53,836 bases of DNA from an uncultured Bacteroidales bacterium (GTDB lineage Bacteria; Bacteroidota; Bacteroidia; Bacteroidales; UBA932), in assembly GCA_946406095.1 (NCBI GenBank), contig CAMJJO010000001.1:1-53836 (forward strand), read 5' to 3'. The notes below the pieces were generated by a model, which saw only the letters and a list, made by a program, of their open reading frames with translations, did no database searches and was not told the origin of the DNA. The position numbers and the translations under genes are program-made. How positions within the stretch are numbered: the stretch's first letter is position 1; each line of letters starts with the position of its first letter. Below, piece by piece: positions 1 to 8,601 of this stretch.

Positions 1-1025
1 TCCGGGCGGAAAAGATCGTGGAACCAGACATCGGGCTCTTCTGTAAAAGGAACGGGCTCGCCGTTTTCCACAGGGTTCCAGGGATACTGGCACTGCTGCT
101 TGCCGTTCACGAGGCCATAGCTGAAGCAAGCTATCTTTTTCTCTTTGAACAGAGGGAGGATTGAGTAATAATCCGACCCCATACTGCGTGCCATCCATTC
201 TGAACACAAAACCGGCCGGCCGAACTGCTCACAGTATTCCACGAACCTGCGGCATTCGGGCAGATCCTTATAGCAATGGAAAGAAATGATGTCGCTTTCC
301 GACAGAACGAACTGCGAGATCTCTTCATTATGCGACTTCCAGTCAGAAAGAGTTATGATAGGAGCTGTCAGAGGCTGCGATGGATTCACTTCCCTTGCCC
401 AGCGGAAAACCTCCCTCATAAACGGCAAAGTCTCGAATCCCTTGGTGTTTGCAGGCTCATTGTAAAGACACCAGGCAAGGATGCGGGGGTCCTTCCGATA
501 CTTCCTTATGACCTGCTTTACATAACGCTCCATTACCGGCCACTTCTCAGGGTTATTGACTATGTCTTTGCCGGGAGAAGCCATCCACACCGAATTGTGA
601 ATGCCGGGCACTGGCTGCGGCTGGGGGCCGGTATAGGGGATTTTTATGGCCCCGCCATTTGTGAAGAAAGTCATCAGGATCCGCAGCCCATGCCTGTCGG
701 CAATACTGATTGTCTTCTCCAGCCTTTCCATAAATCCTTTGGGGTCTTCCTGCCAGACTATATCGCACAGGAAAAGCCTGATGCAGTTGAATCCAAGATC
801 CTCCGCCAGAGAGAGTTCGCTGTCCACCACTTCGGGGCGGAAGAATTCCTTTCCCCATATTTCCACGGGTGTTCCACCATAGGACGGCATATAGACACAT
901 CCTACGGGCCAAGGCTGGGCCGCATACCATTCATTTGCCTTTTCTGCACTCCACCTTTCTGCGGGCCTGACGCCGCAGGCAGTCTGGGCCAGTATCAGCG
1001 CCAGGAGAACAACTATCCTTTTCAT
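1..1025 (-). CDS. GH5-like glycoside hydrolase lipoprotein (Bacteroidetes '1,4-beta-xylanase'/GH5_13-like); 3' end runs off the window
   Basis: Absent from the ORF track because it has no stop in the window. I translated both ends by hand: MKRIVVLLALILAQTAC (lipobox-like), then RWSAEKANEWYAAQPWPVG, and in the same frame at the window edge VWFHDLFRP. Both motifs are characteristic of this family. Confidence 0.8.
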   Translation of the reverse strand, partial: MKRIVVLLALILAQTACGVRPAERWSAEKANEWYAAQPWPVGCVYMPSYGGTPVEIWGKEFFRPEVVDSELSLAEDLGFNCIRLFLCDIVWQEDPKGFMERLEKTISIADRHGLRILMTFFTNGGAIKIPYTGPQPQPVPGIHNSVWMASPGKDIVNNPEKWPVMERYVKQVIRKYRKDPRILAWCLYNEPANTKGFETLPFMREVFRWAREVNPSQPLTAPIITLSDWKSHNEEISQFVLSESDIISFHCYKDLPECRRFVEYCEQFGRPVLCSEWMARSMGSDYYSILPLFKEKKIACFSYGLVNGKQQCQYPWNPVENGEPVPFTEEPDVWFHDLFRP

Positions 1026-1030
1026 CTTTA

Positions 1031-1639
1031 TCACAAAAAACACTTGTCGAATATCTCCCTCAACTTGCGTTCATCCTTGATAATACTCCGGAGTTCCTTC
1101 AAGGGAGCTTCGTTGGGCGAACCGGGAATCAGCAGATGGAGGTATCCTCCTTCGGCATATTTCTCGTGAAGGTGCTCGAGGGTGCGCTGCCAATGGCCTT
1201 CCCTGTCGAGCTCGGGATAATGCGAGAGGCCGAACTGCACGGTGCGGCGGATGATGGTTTCGGGCTCTATCAGGCGGTCCGCCTCCGCCACCAGCCTGCC
1301 ATAAATGCTGCGGGGAGGGGTTGTAGCCGATGCCCTGTGGTCTTCCGCCGCCTGGGCGATGGTCTCTATCTGCCCGGGGGTAAACCATTTCTTCAGGTTT
1401 TCATCTTCCCTGATGATGCGTCCGCTTTCCAGGTGATGGGTCTTGCGATCCACAGCCAGCCCGAGGTCGTGGCAGGCTGCTGCCGCAAAGAGGATTTCTT
1501 CATCTATATCATAGGCCTTTCCCATAGCCATGGCTCGCTCGATCACCATTCTCGCGTGGTCTTCCTGATGCGCCAGATCGAATGCCGCGTACCGTGGAAT
1601 TATCGAAGTATCAATATATTTGACAAAGTCTTGCCTCAT
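1031..1639 (-). CDS. HD-domain phosphohydrolase
   Basis: Motifs AHQEDH, ACHDLG, HH and AEADR. Start moved to ATG 1639 (MRQDFVKY) because the longer ORF overlaps hydB. Confidence 0.85.
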   Translation of the reverse strand: MRQDFVKYIDTSIIPRYAAFDLAHQEDHARMVIERAMAMGKAYDIDEEILFAAAACHDLGLAVDRKTHHLESGRIIREDENLKKWFTPGQIETIAQAAEDHRASATTPPRSIYGRLVAEADRLIEPETIIRRTVQFGLSHYPELDREGHWQRTLEHLHEKYAEGGYLHLLIPGSPNEAPLKELRSIIKDERKLREIFDKCFL

Positions 1640-1646
1640 ATCTTTA

Positions 1647-1654
1647 CAAAGATA
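1647..1654 (-). promoter_or_regulatory. Bacteroidetes -7 promoter element (TATCTTTG) for the HD gene
   Basis: Exact TAnnTTTG match a few nt upstream of the ATG. Confidence 0.55.
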
Positions 1655-1665
1655 AGAAAAATGAC

Positions 1666-1673
1666 TATTTTTG
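1666..1673 (+). promoter_or_regulatory. Bacteroidetes -7 promoter element (TATTTTTG) for hydBAC
   Basis: Exact TAnnTTTG match 33 nt upstream of the hydB ATG, back to back with the HD promoter. Confidence 0.55.
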
Positions 1674-1706
1674 TAAACAGAAAACAATACCATTCTATAG
1701 TATACA

Positions 1707-3611
1707 ATGAAGATAACATCTGCCGATGCCCTTGAGGCCATCAGGTGCGAGGCCGTCAAAGCCTTGCGTTTAAGGGAGGAGAGCAATGTCTCTGCATCGG
1801 AAGCCGCCTGCGGGCTCGACAAAGGAACCCCGCATATGCAAATTCTCTGTTGCGGCGGCACCGGTTGCAAAGCCTCCGAAAGTGCAAAAATCGTTGAAAA
1901 TTTCCGCTCTTCACTCGAGCAGCACGGCGTAGCCGACAAGGTTGAAGTCGTTGTGCCCGGATGCTTCGGATTCTGCGAGAAAGGCCCTATCGTAAAGATT
2001 GTTCCCGACAACACTTTCTACACCTCGGTACGTCCCGAAGATGTGGAGGAGATCGTAACCTCCCACATCATAGGTGGGGAGAAGGTTGAAAGGCTGCTTT
2101 ACATGGACCCCGGAACCGGGAAGCACATTTCCGACTCCAAGCACATGAATTTCTACCGCAAGCAGCTCCGTATCGCTCTCCGCAACTGCGGATTCATCGA
2201 TCCGGAGAACATCCTCGAGTACATCGCCCGCGATGGCTACAAGGCTCTTGCCACCAGTCTCACCAGGGACAGTCTGGAAGTGCTTGCGGACATCAAGGCA
2301 TCCGGCCTCCGCGGCCGTGGAGGCGCAGGCTTCCCCACCGGTCTGAAGTGGGAGATCGCCCGCAAGTTCAACGCTCCGGACAAGTATGTGGTCTGCAACG
2401 CCGATGAAGGAGACCCGGGTGCGTTCATGGACCGTTCCATCATGGAGGGAGACCCGAACTCGGTCATCGAGGCAATGATGATCTGCGGCTACTGCATCAA
2501 CGCCAACCACGGACTGATCTATATCCGTGCAGAATATCCCCTTGCAGTGCATCGCCTCAAGGTCGCCATCGCACAGGCCCGCGAATACGGCCTGCTCGGC
2601 AACAATATCCTCGGCACCGATTTCAACTTCGATATCGAGATCCGCTACGGTGCGGGTGCATTCGTCTGCGGCGAGGAAACCGCCCTCATCCATTCCATGG
2701 AAGGAAAGCGCGGCGAACCTACCCTCAAGCCCCCGTTCCCTGCCGAGGCCGGCTATTTTGGCAAGCCGACCAACGTTAACAACGTCGAGACCCTCGCCAA
2801 CGTTCCCGTCATCCTAACAAAGGGCCCCGAATGGTTCTCATCCATCGGCACCGAGAAGTCCAAGGGAACAAAGGTGTTCGCCCTTGCCGGAAAGATCAAC
2901 AACGTGGGCCTTATCGAGGTCCCTATGGGAACGACCCTGCGCGAAATCATATATGATATCGGCGGCGGTGTCAAGAATGGCAAGAAATTCAAGGCCGTCC
3001 AGACGGGCGGACCTTCCGGCGGCTGCCTCACCGAGAAGCATCTGGACATCCCCATCGACTACGAAAGCCTTGCTGCAGCTGGTTCGATGATGGGTTCCGG
3101 CGGCATGATCGTGATGGACGAAGACGACTGCATGGTATCTGTCGCGAAATTCTTCCTGGAATTCACCGTGGACGAATCCTGCGGAAAGTGCACTCCCTGC
3201 CGCATAGGCAACCGCAGGATGCTGGAAATCCTCACCCGCATCACGGAAGGCCGCGGCACGATGGAAGATCTCGACAAACTCGAGAATCTTGCCAAGGTCA
3301 TCAAGGACACCGCTCTCTGCGGCCTTGGACAGACTTCTCCCAACCCCGTGCTTTCCACCCTCTCCAACTTCCGCAACGAGTATGAGGAGCACGTCCGGGA
3401 TCACGTCTGCCGCGCCCACAAGTGCAAGGCCCTGCTCACCTATAGCATCGACCCTGTGCTCTGCAAGGGGTGCAGCGCCTGCGCAAGGAACTGCCCTGCA
3501 GAAGCTATCGCAGGCGAGGTCCGCAAGCCTTTTGTCATCAATCCCGAGAAGTGTATCCGCTGCGGCATGTGCCTGTCCCGCTGCAAGTTCGGAGCCATCA
3601 ACGTAATCTAG
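1707..3611 (+). CDS. hydB: [FeFe]-hydrogenase diaphorase (NuoF-like) subunit HydB
   Basis: N-terminal thioredoxin-like 2Fe-2S (CCGGTGC...GCFGFC), GRGGAGFPTG, NADEGDPGAFMD, GAFVCGEET, GGPSGG, SCGKCTPCR and two C-terminal 4Fe-4S motifs. Confidence 0.93.
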   Translation: MKITSADALEAIRCEAVKALRLREESNVSASEAACGLDKGTPHMQILCCGGTGCKASESAKIVENFRSSLEQHGVADKVEVVVPGCFGFCEKGPIVKIVPDNTFYTSVRPEDVEEIVTSHIIGGEKVERLLYMDPGTGKHISDSKHMNFYRKQLRIALRNCGFIDPENILEYIARDGYKALATSLTRDSLEVLADIKASGLRGRGGAGFPTGLKWEIARKFNAPDKYVVCNADEGDPGAFMDRSIMEGDPNSVIEAMMICGYCINANHGLIYIRAEYPLAVHRLKVAIAQAREYGLLGNNILGTDFNFDIEIRYGAGAFVCGEETALIHSMEGKRGEPTLKPPFPAEAGYFGKPTNVNNVETLANVPVILTKGPEWFSSIGTEKSKGTKVFALAGKINNVGLIEVPMGTTLREIIYDIGGGVKNGKKFKAVQTGGPSGGCLTEKHLDIPIDYESLAAAGSMMGSGGMIVMDEDDCMVSVAKFFLEFTVDESCGKCTPCRIGNRRMLEILTRITEGRGTMEDLDKLENLAKVIKDTALCGLGQTSPNPVLSTLSNFRNEYEEHVRDHVCRAHKCKALLTYSIDPVLCKGCSACARNCPAEAIAGEVRKPFVINPEKCIRCGMCLSRCKFGAINVI

Positions 3612-3620
3612 CATCGCCCT

Positions 3621-5381
3621 ATGGAAAATATGATAAACCTTACTATAGACAACCGGCCGGTCAGCGTGCCCAAGGGCACCAGTGTGCTTGATGCTGCGGC
3701 ATCCGTGGGCATAGCTATCCCAGCCCTGTGCCACATCGACCTCAAAGGCACCTGTGTCAAGAGTTCTCCGGCATCCTGCCGCATCTGCGTGGTGGAAATC
3801 GACGGCCGCCGCAACCTGGCACCTTCCTGCGCCACCATGGTGACGGAAGGAATGGTAGTCCATACCAATTCGGCACGCGTAGTGCGCGCCCGCAAGACGG
3901 TCGCGGAGCTCATCCTCTCCGACCACCCCAACGACTGTCTCACCTGCCCCAAGTGCAACCATTGCGAACTTCAGCAGCTGGTGACCCGCTTCAACATCCG
4001 CGAGATGCCATACAAGGGCGAGCAGTCCAACCGCAAGAAAGAACAGACCGTGTCCATTACCCGCAATATGGACAAATGCATACTTTGCCGCCGCTGCGAA
4101 AGCGTTTGTAACAACGTGCAGACGGTCGGCGTGCTGGGTGCAGTCCGCCGCGGTTTCGACACCACCATCGCTCCCACCTTCGACCGCATGTTCTCCGAAA
4201 CGGATTGCACCTACTGCGGTCAGTGCGTGGCGGTCTGCCCCACCGGAGCCCTCATAGAACACGACAATACCGACCGCCTGCTCGAAGACCTCAACAACCC
4301 GGACAAGATCGTGGTCGCCCAGCCCGCTCCCGCCGTGCGCGTGGCCCTGGGAGAAGAGTTCGGCCTGCAGCCCGGCACCATCGTCACCGGGAAGCTTGCA
4401 GCCTCCCTGCGCGCTCTCGGTTTCGACTATGTGTTCGACACCGACTTTGCAGCCGACCTTACCATCATGGAGGAAGGTGCGGAAATCCTGCAGCGCCTGA
4501 AGGCTTTCCTCGGCGGTGACAAGACTGTCAAGATTCCTATCATGACCTCCTGCTGCCCCGCCTGGGTCAACTTCTTCGAGCATAACTATCCGGATCTGCT
4601 GGAGTATCCTTCTTCCGCAAAATCCCCTGCCCAGATGTTTGGTGCGATTGCAAAGACCTATTGGGCACAGAAGATGGGCATCCCCCGCGAGAAACTCGTG
4701 GTAGTGTCCGTAATGCCTTGTCTTGCAAAGAAATACGAGTGCGAACGCGACGAATTCAAGGTGAATGGCAACCCGGATGTGGACTACAGCATCTCCACCC
4801 GCGAACTGGCACGCCTGATCAAACGTTCCAATATCGACTTCCTCAAACTGGCCGACCAGGACTTCGACAAGCCTCTTGGCGAGTCCTCGGGTGCAGCAGC
4901 CATTTTCGGCGCCACCGGCGGAGTGATGGAAGCGGCACTGCGTACCGTGTATGAGGTTTACACAGGCAAGACCCTTCCCAAGATCGACTTCACCGAAGTC
5001 CGCGGCCTGGAAGGCATCAAGGAGGCAACCATCGACCTGGCCGGATTCCCGCTCAAGGTCTGCGTGGCCCACACCCTCGGCAATGCCCGTATCATCATGG
5101 ACAAACTCCGCGCAGGTGAACTGGACTACCATGTCGTGGAAGTCATGGCCTGCCCCGGCGGCTGCATCGACGGCGCCGGACAGCCCTATCATCACGGCGA
5201 CGTGGATATCATCAAGGCCCGCGTCAAGGCCATCTACGATGAAGATGCCGGCAAGCCCATCCGCAAGAGCCACGAGAATCCCGACATCCAAAAACTGTAT
5301 AAAGAGTTCCTGGGTGAGCCTCTGAGCGAGCGCTCGCATCATCTGCTCCACACACATTATTTTGACAAAACCATCAAGTAG
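3621..5381 (+). CDS. hydA: [FeFe]-hydrogenase catalytic subunit HydA (group A3-type)
   Basis: H-cluster motifs TSCCPAW, MPCLAKKYE and EVMACPGGC. N-terminal 2Fe-2S, His-ligated 4Fe-4S (HPNDCLTC) and 2x4Fe-4S; C-terminal HHLLHTHY. Confidence 0.96.
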   Translation: MENMINLTIDNRPVSVPKGTSVLDAAASVGIAIPALCHIDLKGTCVKSSPASCRICVVEIDGRRNLAPSCATMVTEGMVVHTNSARVVRARKTVAELILSDHPNDCLTCPKCNHCELQQLVTRFNIREMPYKGEQSNRKKEQTVSITRNMDKCILCRRCESVCNNVQTVGVLGAVRRGFDTTIAPTFDRMFSETDCTYCGQCVAVCPTGALIEHDNTDRLLEDLNNPDKIVVAQPAPAVRVALGEEFGLQPGTIVTGKLAASLRALGFDYVFDTDFAADLTIMEEGAEILQRLKAFLGGDKTVKIPIMTSCCPAWVNFFEHNYPDLLEYPSSAKSPAQMFGAIAKTYWAQKMGIPREKLVVVSVMPCLAKKYECERDEFKVNGNPDVDYSISTRELARLIKRSNIDFLKLADQDFDKPLGESSGAAAIFGATGGVMEAALRTVYEVYTGKTLPKIDFTEVRGLEGIKEATIDLAGFPLKVCVAHTLGNARIIMDKLRAGELDYHVVEVMACPGGCIDGAGQPYHHGDVDIIKARVKAIYDEDAGKPIRKSHENPDIQKLYKEFLGEPLSERSHHLLHTHYFDKTIK

Positions 5382-5383
5382 TT

Positions 5384-5869
5384 ATGAGCGAAATGAAATT
5401 ATCCTGTGAGGCAAAGCGCCAGGTGGAGGAGATTTGTGAGAAATTCCACAATGACCCCGGCGAACTCATCAGCATACTGCACGAGACACAGAATAAGCTG
5501 GGCTATCTGCCTGAGCCTGTCCAGCGCATAATCGCCGAAAAGATCGGCGTGCCTGCCCAGAAAGTTTATGGTGTCGTCACCTTCTATTCCTTCTTCTCGA
5601 TGACCCCGAAGGGAAAGATTCCCATTTCCGTATGCCTCGGAACCGCCTGCTACGTGCGCGGCGCCGACAAGCTGCTGGAAGAATTCAAGAGGGTCCTGAA
5701 CATCGAGGTCGGAGAAACCACTCCGGACGGCAAGTTCTCGCTGGACTGCCTCCGTTGCGTCGGTGCCTGCGGTCTGGCCCCTGTCGCCACTATCGACGAC
5801 AAGGTCTACGGCAGGCTGAACCCTTCCGATATCAGGAGAATAATCTCGGAATACGAGGCTAAGGAATAG
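5384..5869 (+). CDS. hydC: [FeFe]-hydrogenase NuoE-like 2Fe-2S subunit HydC
   Basis: Motifs GVVTFYSFF, CLGTAC and RCVGACGLAP. Confidence 0.93.
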   Translation: MSEMKLSCEAKRQVEEICEKFHNDPGELISILHETQNKLGYLPEPVQRIIAEKIGVPAQKVYGVVTFYSFFSMTPKGKIPISVCLGTACYVRGADKLLEEFKRVLNIEVGETTPDGKFSLDCLRCVGACGLAPVATIDDKVYGRLNPSDIRRIISEYEAKE

Positions 5870-6917
5870 CGATTCTGTCCAGAATGCCCTGCAGTTTTGC
5901 CAGGGCGATTCCATAATTGGTGATGGGCACTCCCGCAAGGAGTGCCTTTCTCGTGCGGGAGCGCACAAGCGTCTTGGTGGCCACGCAGGCGCCGCAATGA
6001 ATGATGAGGTCGAATGGCGCGAGATCTTCCGGGAAATCAATGCCGGCTGCGATTTCCACTTGCAGGCCATCCCCTGCACGTTTTCGTAGCAGAGCAGGAA
6101 TCTTCACCCGGCCGATGTCTTCGTTGTCCGGCACGTGGGTGCAGGCTTCTGCAATCAGCACACGGGAATCCGGGCCTAGACCTTCGATGGCCGCAGCACC
6201 CTCGATGAAGATGCCGATATCTCCCTTTGCGGCAGCCAGCAGCACGGAAAAGGATGTGAGCGGCATATCTGCCGGGATGGCGGCATTCACCTTGCCGAAG
6301 ACCTGGGAATCGGTAATCACCAGGTCCGGCGTAGTCTTTTGAAGAGCGCTCCGGAGAGATTCGGGAGTGCAGCAGAGCGCATTGCATCCGCGGTCCAGCA
6401 GTTCCCTCAGAACCTGCACCTGAGGCAGGATGATACGGCCTTTCGGGGCCTCGCTGTCCTGGGGCATAACCAGCAGCACGCAATCCCCCGGCTTCACAAG
6501 ACTGCCGGTCAGGAACTTTTCCTCCTCCTTCGGGGCCACTTCGGCCAGACGCTTCAGAAGGCTGTCCACGCTGCCATCGTAATGCACTATGCTCACGGAA
6601 GCCGCACGCAACTGCTCTTCGAGGGCGGAGATGGCCTTGCTTCCGGAGCCAAGTATGACAGCGATGTCCGCCGAGTCTATCACATTCTGGGTCAGGCGTT
6701 TACGCTCGGAACCGAGGATACTTTCATCATCGATCCCGGCGGTATCTATCAGCACGCACGGGCCAAGACCCGGGAGTTCGATGGCCTTGCGCACAGGGTC
6801 GGTCGTGGTGCCCGGAATGGGGCTGACAAGCGATACCTCCTGACCGGCCAGTGCGTTGATCAGGGAGGATTTGCCGGAATTCACCGGCCCGAAAAATGCT
6901 ATGTGCAGCCTGTCCAT
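5859..6917 (-). CDS. hydF: [FeFe]-hydrogenase H-cluster maturation GTPase HydF (shortened G domain)
   Basis: GPVNSGKSS P-loop, GTTTDPV, DTAG, APKGRIILPQVQ, EACTH...HCGAC and TNYG. Confidence 0.9.
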   Translation of the reverse strand: MDRLHIAFFGPVNSGKSSLINALAGQEVSLVSPIPGTTTDPVRKAIELPGLGPCVLIDTAGIDDESILGSERKRLTQNVIDSADIAVILGSGSKAISALEEQLRAASVSIVHYDGSVDSLLKRLAEVAPKEEEKFLTGSLVKPGDCVLLVMPQDSEAPKGRIILPQVQVLRELLDRGCNALCCTPESLRSALQKTTPDLVITDSQVFGKVNAAIPADMPLTSFSVLLAAAKGDIGIFIEGAAAIEGLGPDSRVLIAEACTHVPDNEDIGRVKIPALLRKRAGDGLQVEIAAGIDFPEDLAPFDLIIHCGACVATKTLVRSRTRKALLAGVPITNYGIALAKLQGILDRIAIP

Positions 6918-6920
6918 ATC

Positions 6921-8336
6921 CTAGAAACGGAAGTCTCTCTTTCCTTCCTCGATGTCCTTCAGGTGCTCCCGGGTAATCTCCCGAGTGCGCTCCCTGGGGA
7001 TATCGGCAAGACTCTTCTCTATCAGGGCCTCTCCAAGCGCCCGGGTTTCGGGAGATGCATAGTCCATCAGGTATTCCTTAAGCGTCATGAGGGCATTGGG
7101 GGTGCAGCAGAGGCCGATATTGCCACTTTTGCAGAGACTCATGAAACGGTCCCCGGTGCGCCCTTCGCGATAGCAGGCAGTGCAGAAACTGGGGATGTGG
7201 TCCGTCTCCAGGAGCCAGCGGACGACGTCGTCCAGCGGGCGGGTGTCGGAAACATCGAACTGGGCGGTCTCGTTGTGCCGCTCGACCGTCGTGTACCCCC
7301 CGACGCTGGTACGTGAACCGCCGCTGATCTGGGATACGCCGCATTCCAGCAGCTGGGCGCGCATGCGGGCACTTTCGCGGGTGGAGACTATCATTCCGGT
7401 GTAAGGGACGGCGACGCGCAGCACCGCCACCAGCTTGCGGAAGATGGCATCCGGCAGAGAATCCGGGAAGTCCTTGGTGTCGATATCGTCCGCAGGGCAG
7501 ATGCGCGGCACGCTGATGGTATGGGGGCCTACCCCGAAACGGGCTTCCAGGTGCTCTGCGTGCATCAGCAGGCCTACCAGCTCGTACATATAATTCTCGA
7601 GCCCGAAGAGCACGCCTATGCCCACGTCGTCGCATCCGCCTTCCTGGGCGCGGTCCATAGCCTCCGTATGCCACTCATAATTGCTCTTGGGCCCGGTGGG
7701 ATGCAACTTCTGGTATCTCTCTTTATTATAGGTCTCCTGGAAAAGGATGTACGTGCCGATGCCGGCCGCTTTCAGCTTGCGGTAAGAGTCCACGTCTGTG
7801 GCGGCGATGTTCACGTTCACCCGGCGTATGGAGTTGCCTCCCTCGTTGACAGAATAAATGGTCTTGATGGATTCCAGGATATACTCCAGCGGGTTGTGAA
7901 CCGGGTCCTCCCCCGCTTCCACGGCCAGACGCTTGTGCCCGGTGCGGATCAGCGCGCGGACCTCTTCTTCTATCTCGGTTTGAGTGAGTTTCCTGCGCGG
8001 AATGCTGCGGTTCTTTGCGTGGTATGGGCAATAGACGCAGCCGTTGATGCAATAGTTGGAAAGATACAACGGAGCAAAAAGGACTATGCGGTTGCCATAG
8101 AACTTCTGCTTGATGGTTGCTGCAAGCTGGTATATCTTTTCTTCCAGACCGGGCTCCTGGCACTCCATCAGGATTGCCGCCTCTCTATGGCTGATTCCCT
8201 TGCACAGGGCCGCCTTTTCGAGTATTTCCAGAACTCTCCGGTGGTTGCCGCTTTCGCGTCTGGCTTCTTCGAGGCTGGCCAGGACTTCCTCGTCGTTTAT
8301 GAAATCTCCCGCATTCGGGGACTTAGGATCGTACAT
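6921..8336 (-). CDS. hydG: [FeFe]-hydrogenase maturase HydG (radical SAM)
   Basis: YLSNYCINGCVYCPY and the C-terminal Cx2Cx22C-type motif (SFCTACYR...LCCTPNA) that separates HydG from ThiH. Start taken at MYDPKS. Confidence 0.92.
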   Translation of the reverse strand: MYDPKSPNAGDFINDEEVLASLEEARRESGNHRRVLEILEKAALCKGISHREAAILMECQEPGLEEKIYQLAATIKQKFYGNRIVLFAPLYLSNYCINGCVYCPYHAKNRSIPRRKLTQTEIEEEVRALIRTGHKRLAVEAGEDPVHNPLEYILESIKTIYSVNEGGNSIRRVNVNIAATDVDSYRKLKAAGIGTYILFQETYNKERYQKLHPTGPKSNYEWHTEAMDRAQEGGCDDVGIGVLFGLENYMYELVGLLMHAEHLEARFGVGPHTISVPRICPADDIDTKDFPDSLPDAIFRKLVAVLRVAVPYTGMIVSTRESARMRAQLLECGVSQISGGSRTSVGGYTTVERHNETAQFDVSDTRPLDDVVRWLLETDHIPSFCTACYREGRTGDRFMSLCKSGNIGLCCTPNALMTLKEYLMDYASPETRALGEALIEKSLADIPRERTREITREHLKDIEEGKRDFRF

Positions 8337-8359
8337 GGTTCGTATCACAAAATAACAGA

Positions 8360-8367
8360 CAAAATTA
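8360..8367 (-). promoter_or_regulatory. -7 promoter element (TAATTTTG) for hydG-hydF
   Basis: TAnnTTTG match 23 nt upstream of the hydG ATG. Confidence 0.5.
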
Positions 8368-8399
8368 CAACTATATTTTCGCAAATGAAAAAAGAATTG

Positions 8400-8407
8400 T
8401 ATATTTG
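8400..8407 (+). promoter_or_regulatory. -7 promoter element (TATATTTG) for tRNA-Val
   Basis: TAnnTTTG match 17 nt upstream of the tRNA 5' end. Confidence 0.65.
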
Positions 8408-8424
8408 CAGCCCGTTTGAAACAC

Positions 8425-8502
8425 GGGACCTTAGCTCAGTCGGTTTAGAGCGCTTGCTTCACACGCAAGAGGTCGGCAGTTCGAATCTGCCAGGTCCCAC
8501 CA
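8425..8502 (+). tRNA. tRNA-Val (anticodon CAC), with encoded CCA
   Basis: Cloverleaf: acceptor GGGACCT/AGGTCCC, D arm GCTC/GAGC, anticodon stem CTTGC/GCAAG with loop TT-CAC-AC (8460-8462), T arm GGCAG-TTCGAAT-CTGCC, ACCA end. Confidence 0.97.
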
Positions 8503-8537
8503 AAAGCAGGATTTCCGTAAGGAGTCCTGCTTTTTTC
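8502..8537 (+). terminator. Intrinsic terminator after the tRNA (possibly bidirectional)
   Basis: AAAA-GCAGGATTTCC-GTAA-GGAGTCCTGC-TTTTTT: a hairpin flanked by A and T tracts. Confidence 0.85.
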
Positions 8538-8567
8538 TTTCCGGTTTGGATATGCTGCGAATTTTTT

Positions 8568-8575
8568 CTAAATTT
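8568..8575 (+). promoter_or_regulatory. -7 promoter element (TAAATTTG) for the acyltransferase
   Basis: TAnnTTTG match 26 nt upstream of ATG 8602. Confidence 0.55.
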
Positions 8576-8601
8576 GTGGCTTGCGAGTTTACCATTTTAT
8601 T

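Noticed and set aside
276-1169. 297-aa plus-strand ORF
   Set aside because: Antisense shadow of the GH5-like gene, which the ORF track missed; no recognisable motifs.
2838-5357. 839-aa minus-strand ORF
   Set aside because: Shadow ORF opposite hydB/hydA, expected from GC-rich codon bias; no motifs.
1707-5869. Respiratory complex I nuoE/F/G
   Set aside because: The middle subunit has all three H-cluster motifs, and no membrane nuo genes are present.
6921-8336. Possible thiH (thiamine biosynthesis)
   Set aside because: The C-terminal Cys motif and the adjacency to hydF/hydABC indicate HydG.
8425-8540. tRNA as integration site of a genomic island
   Set aside because: No integrase and no duplicated tRNA 3' end seen in the window.
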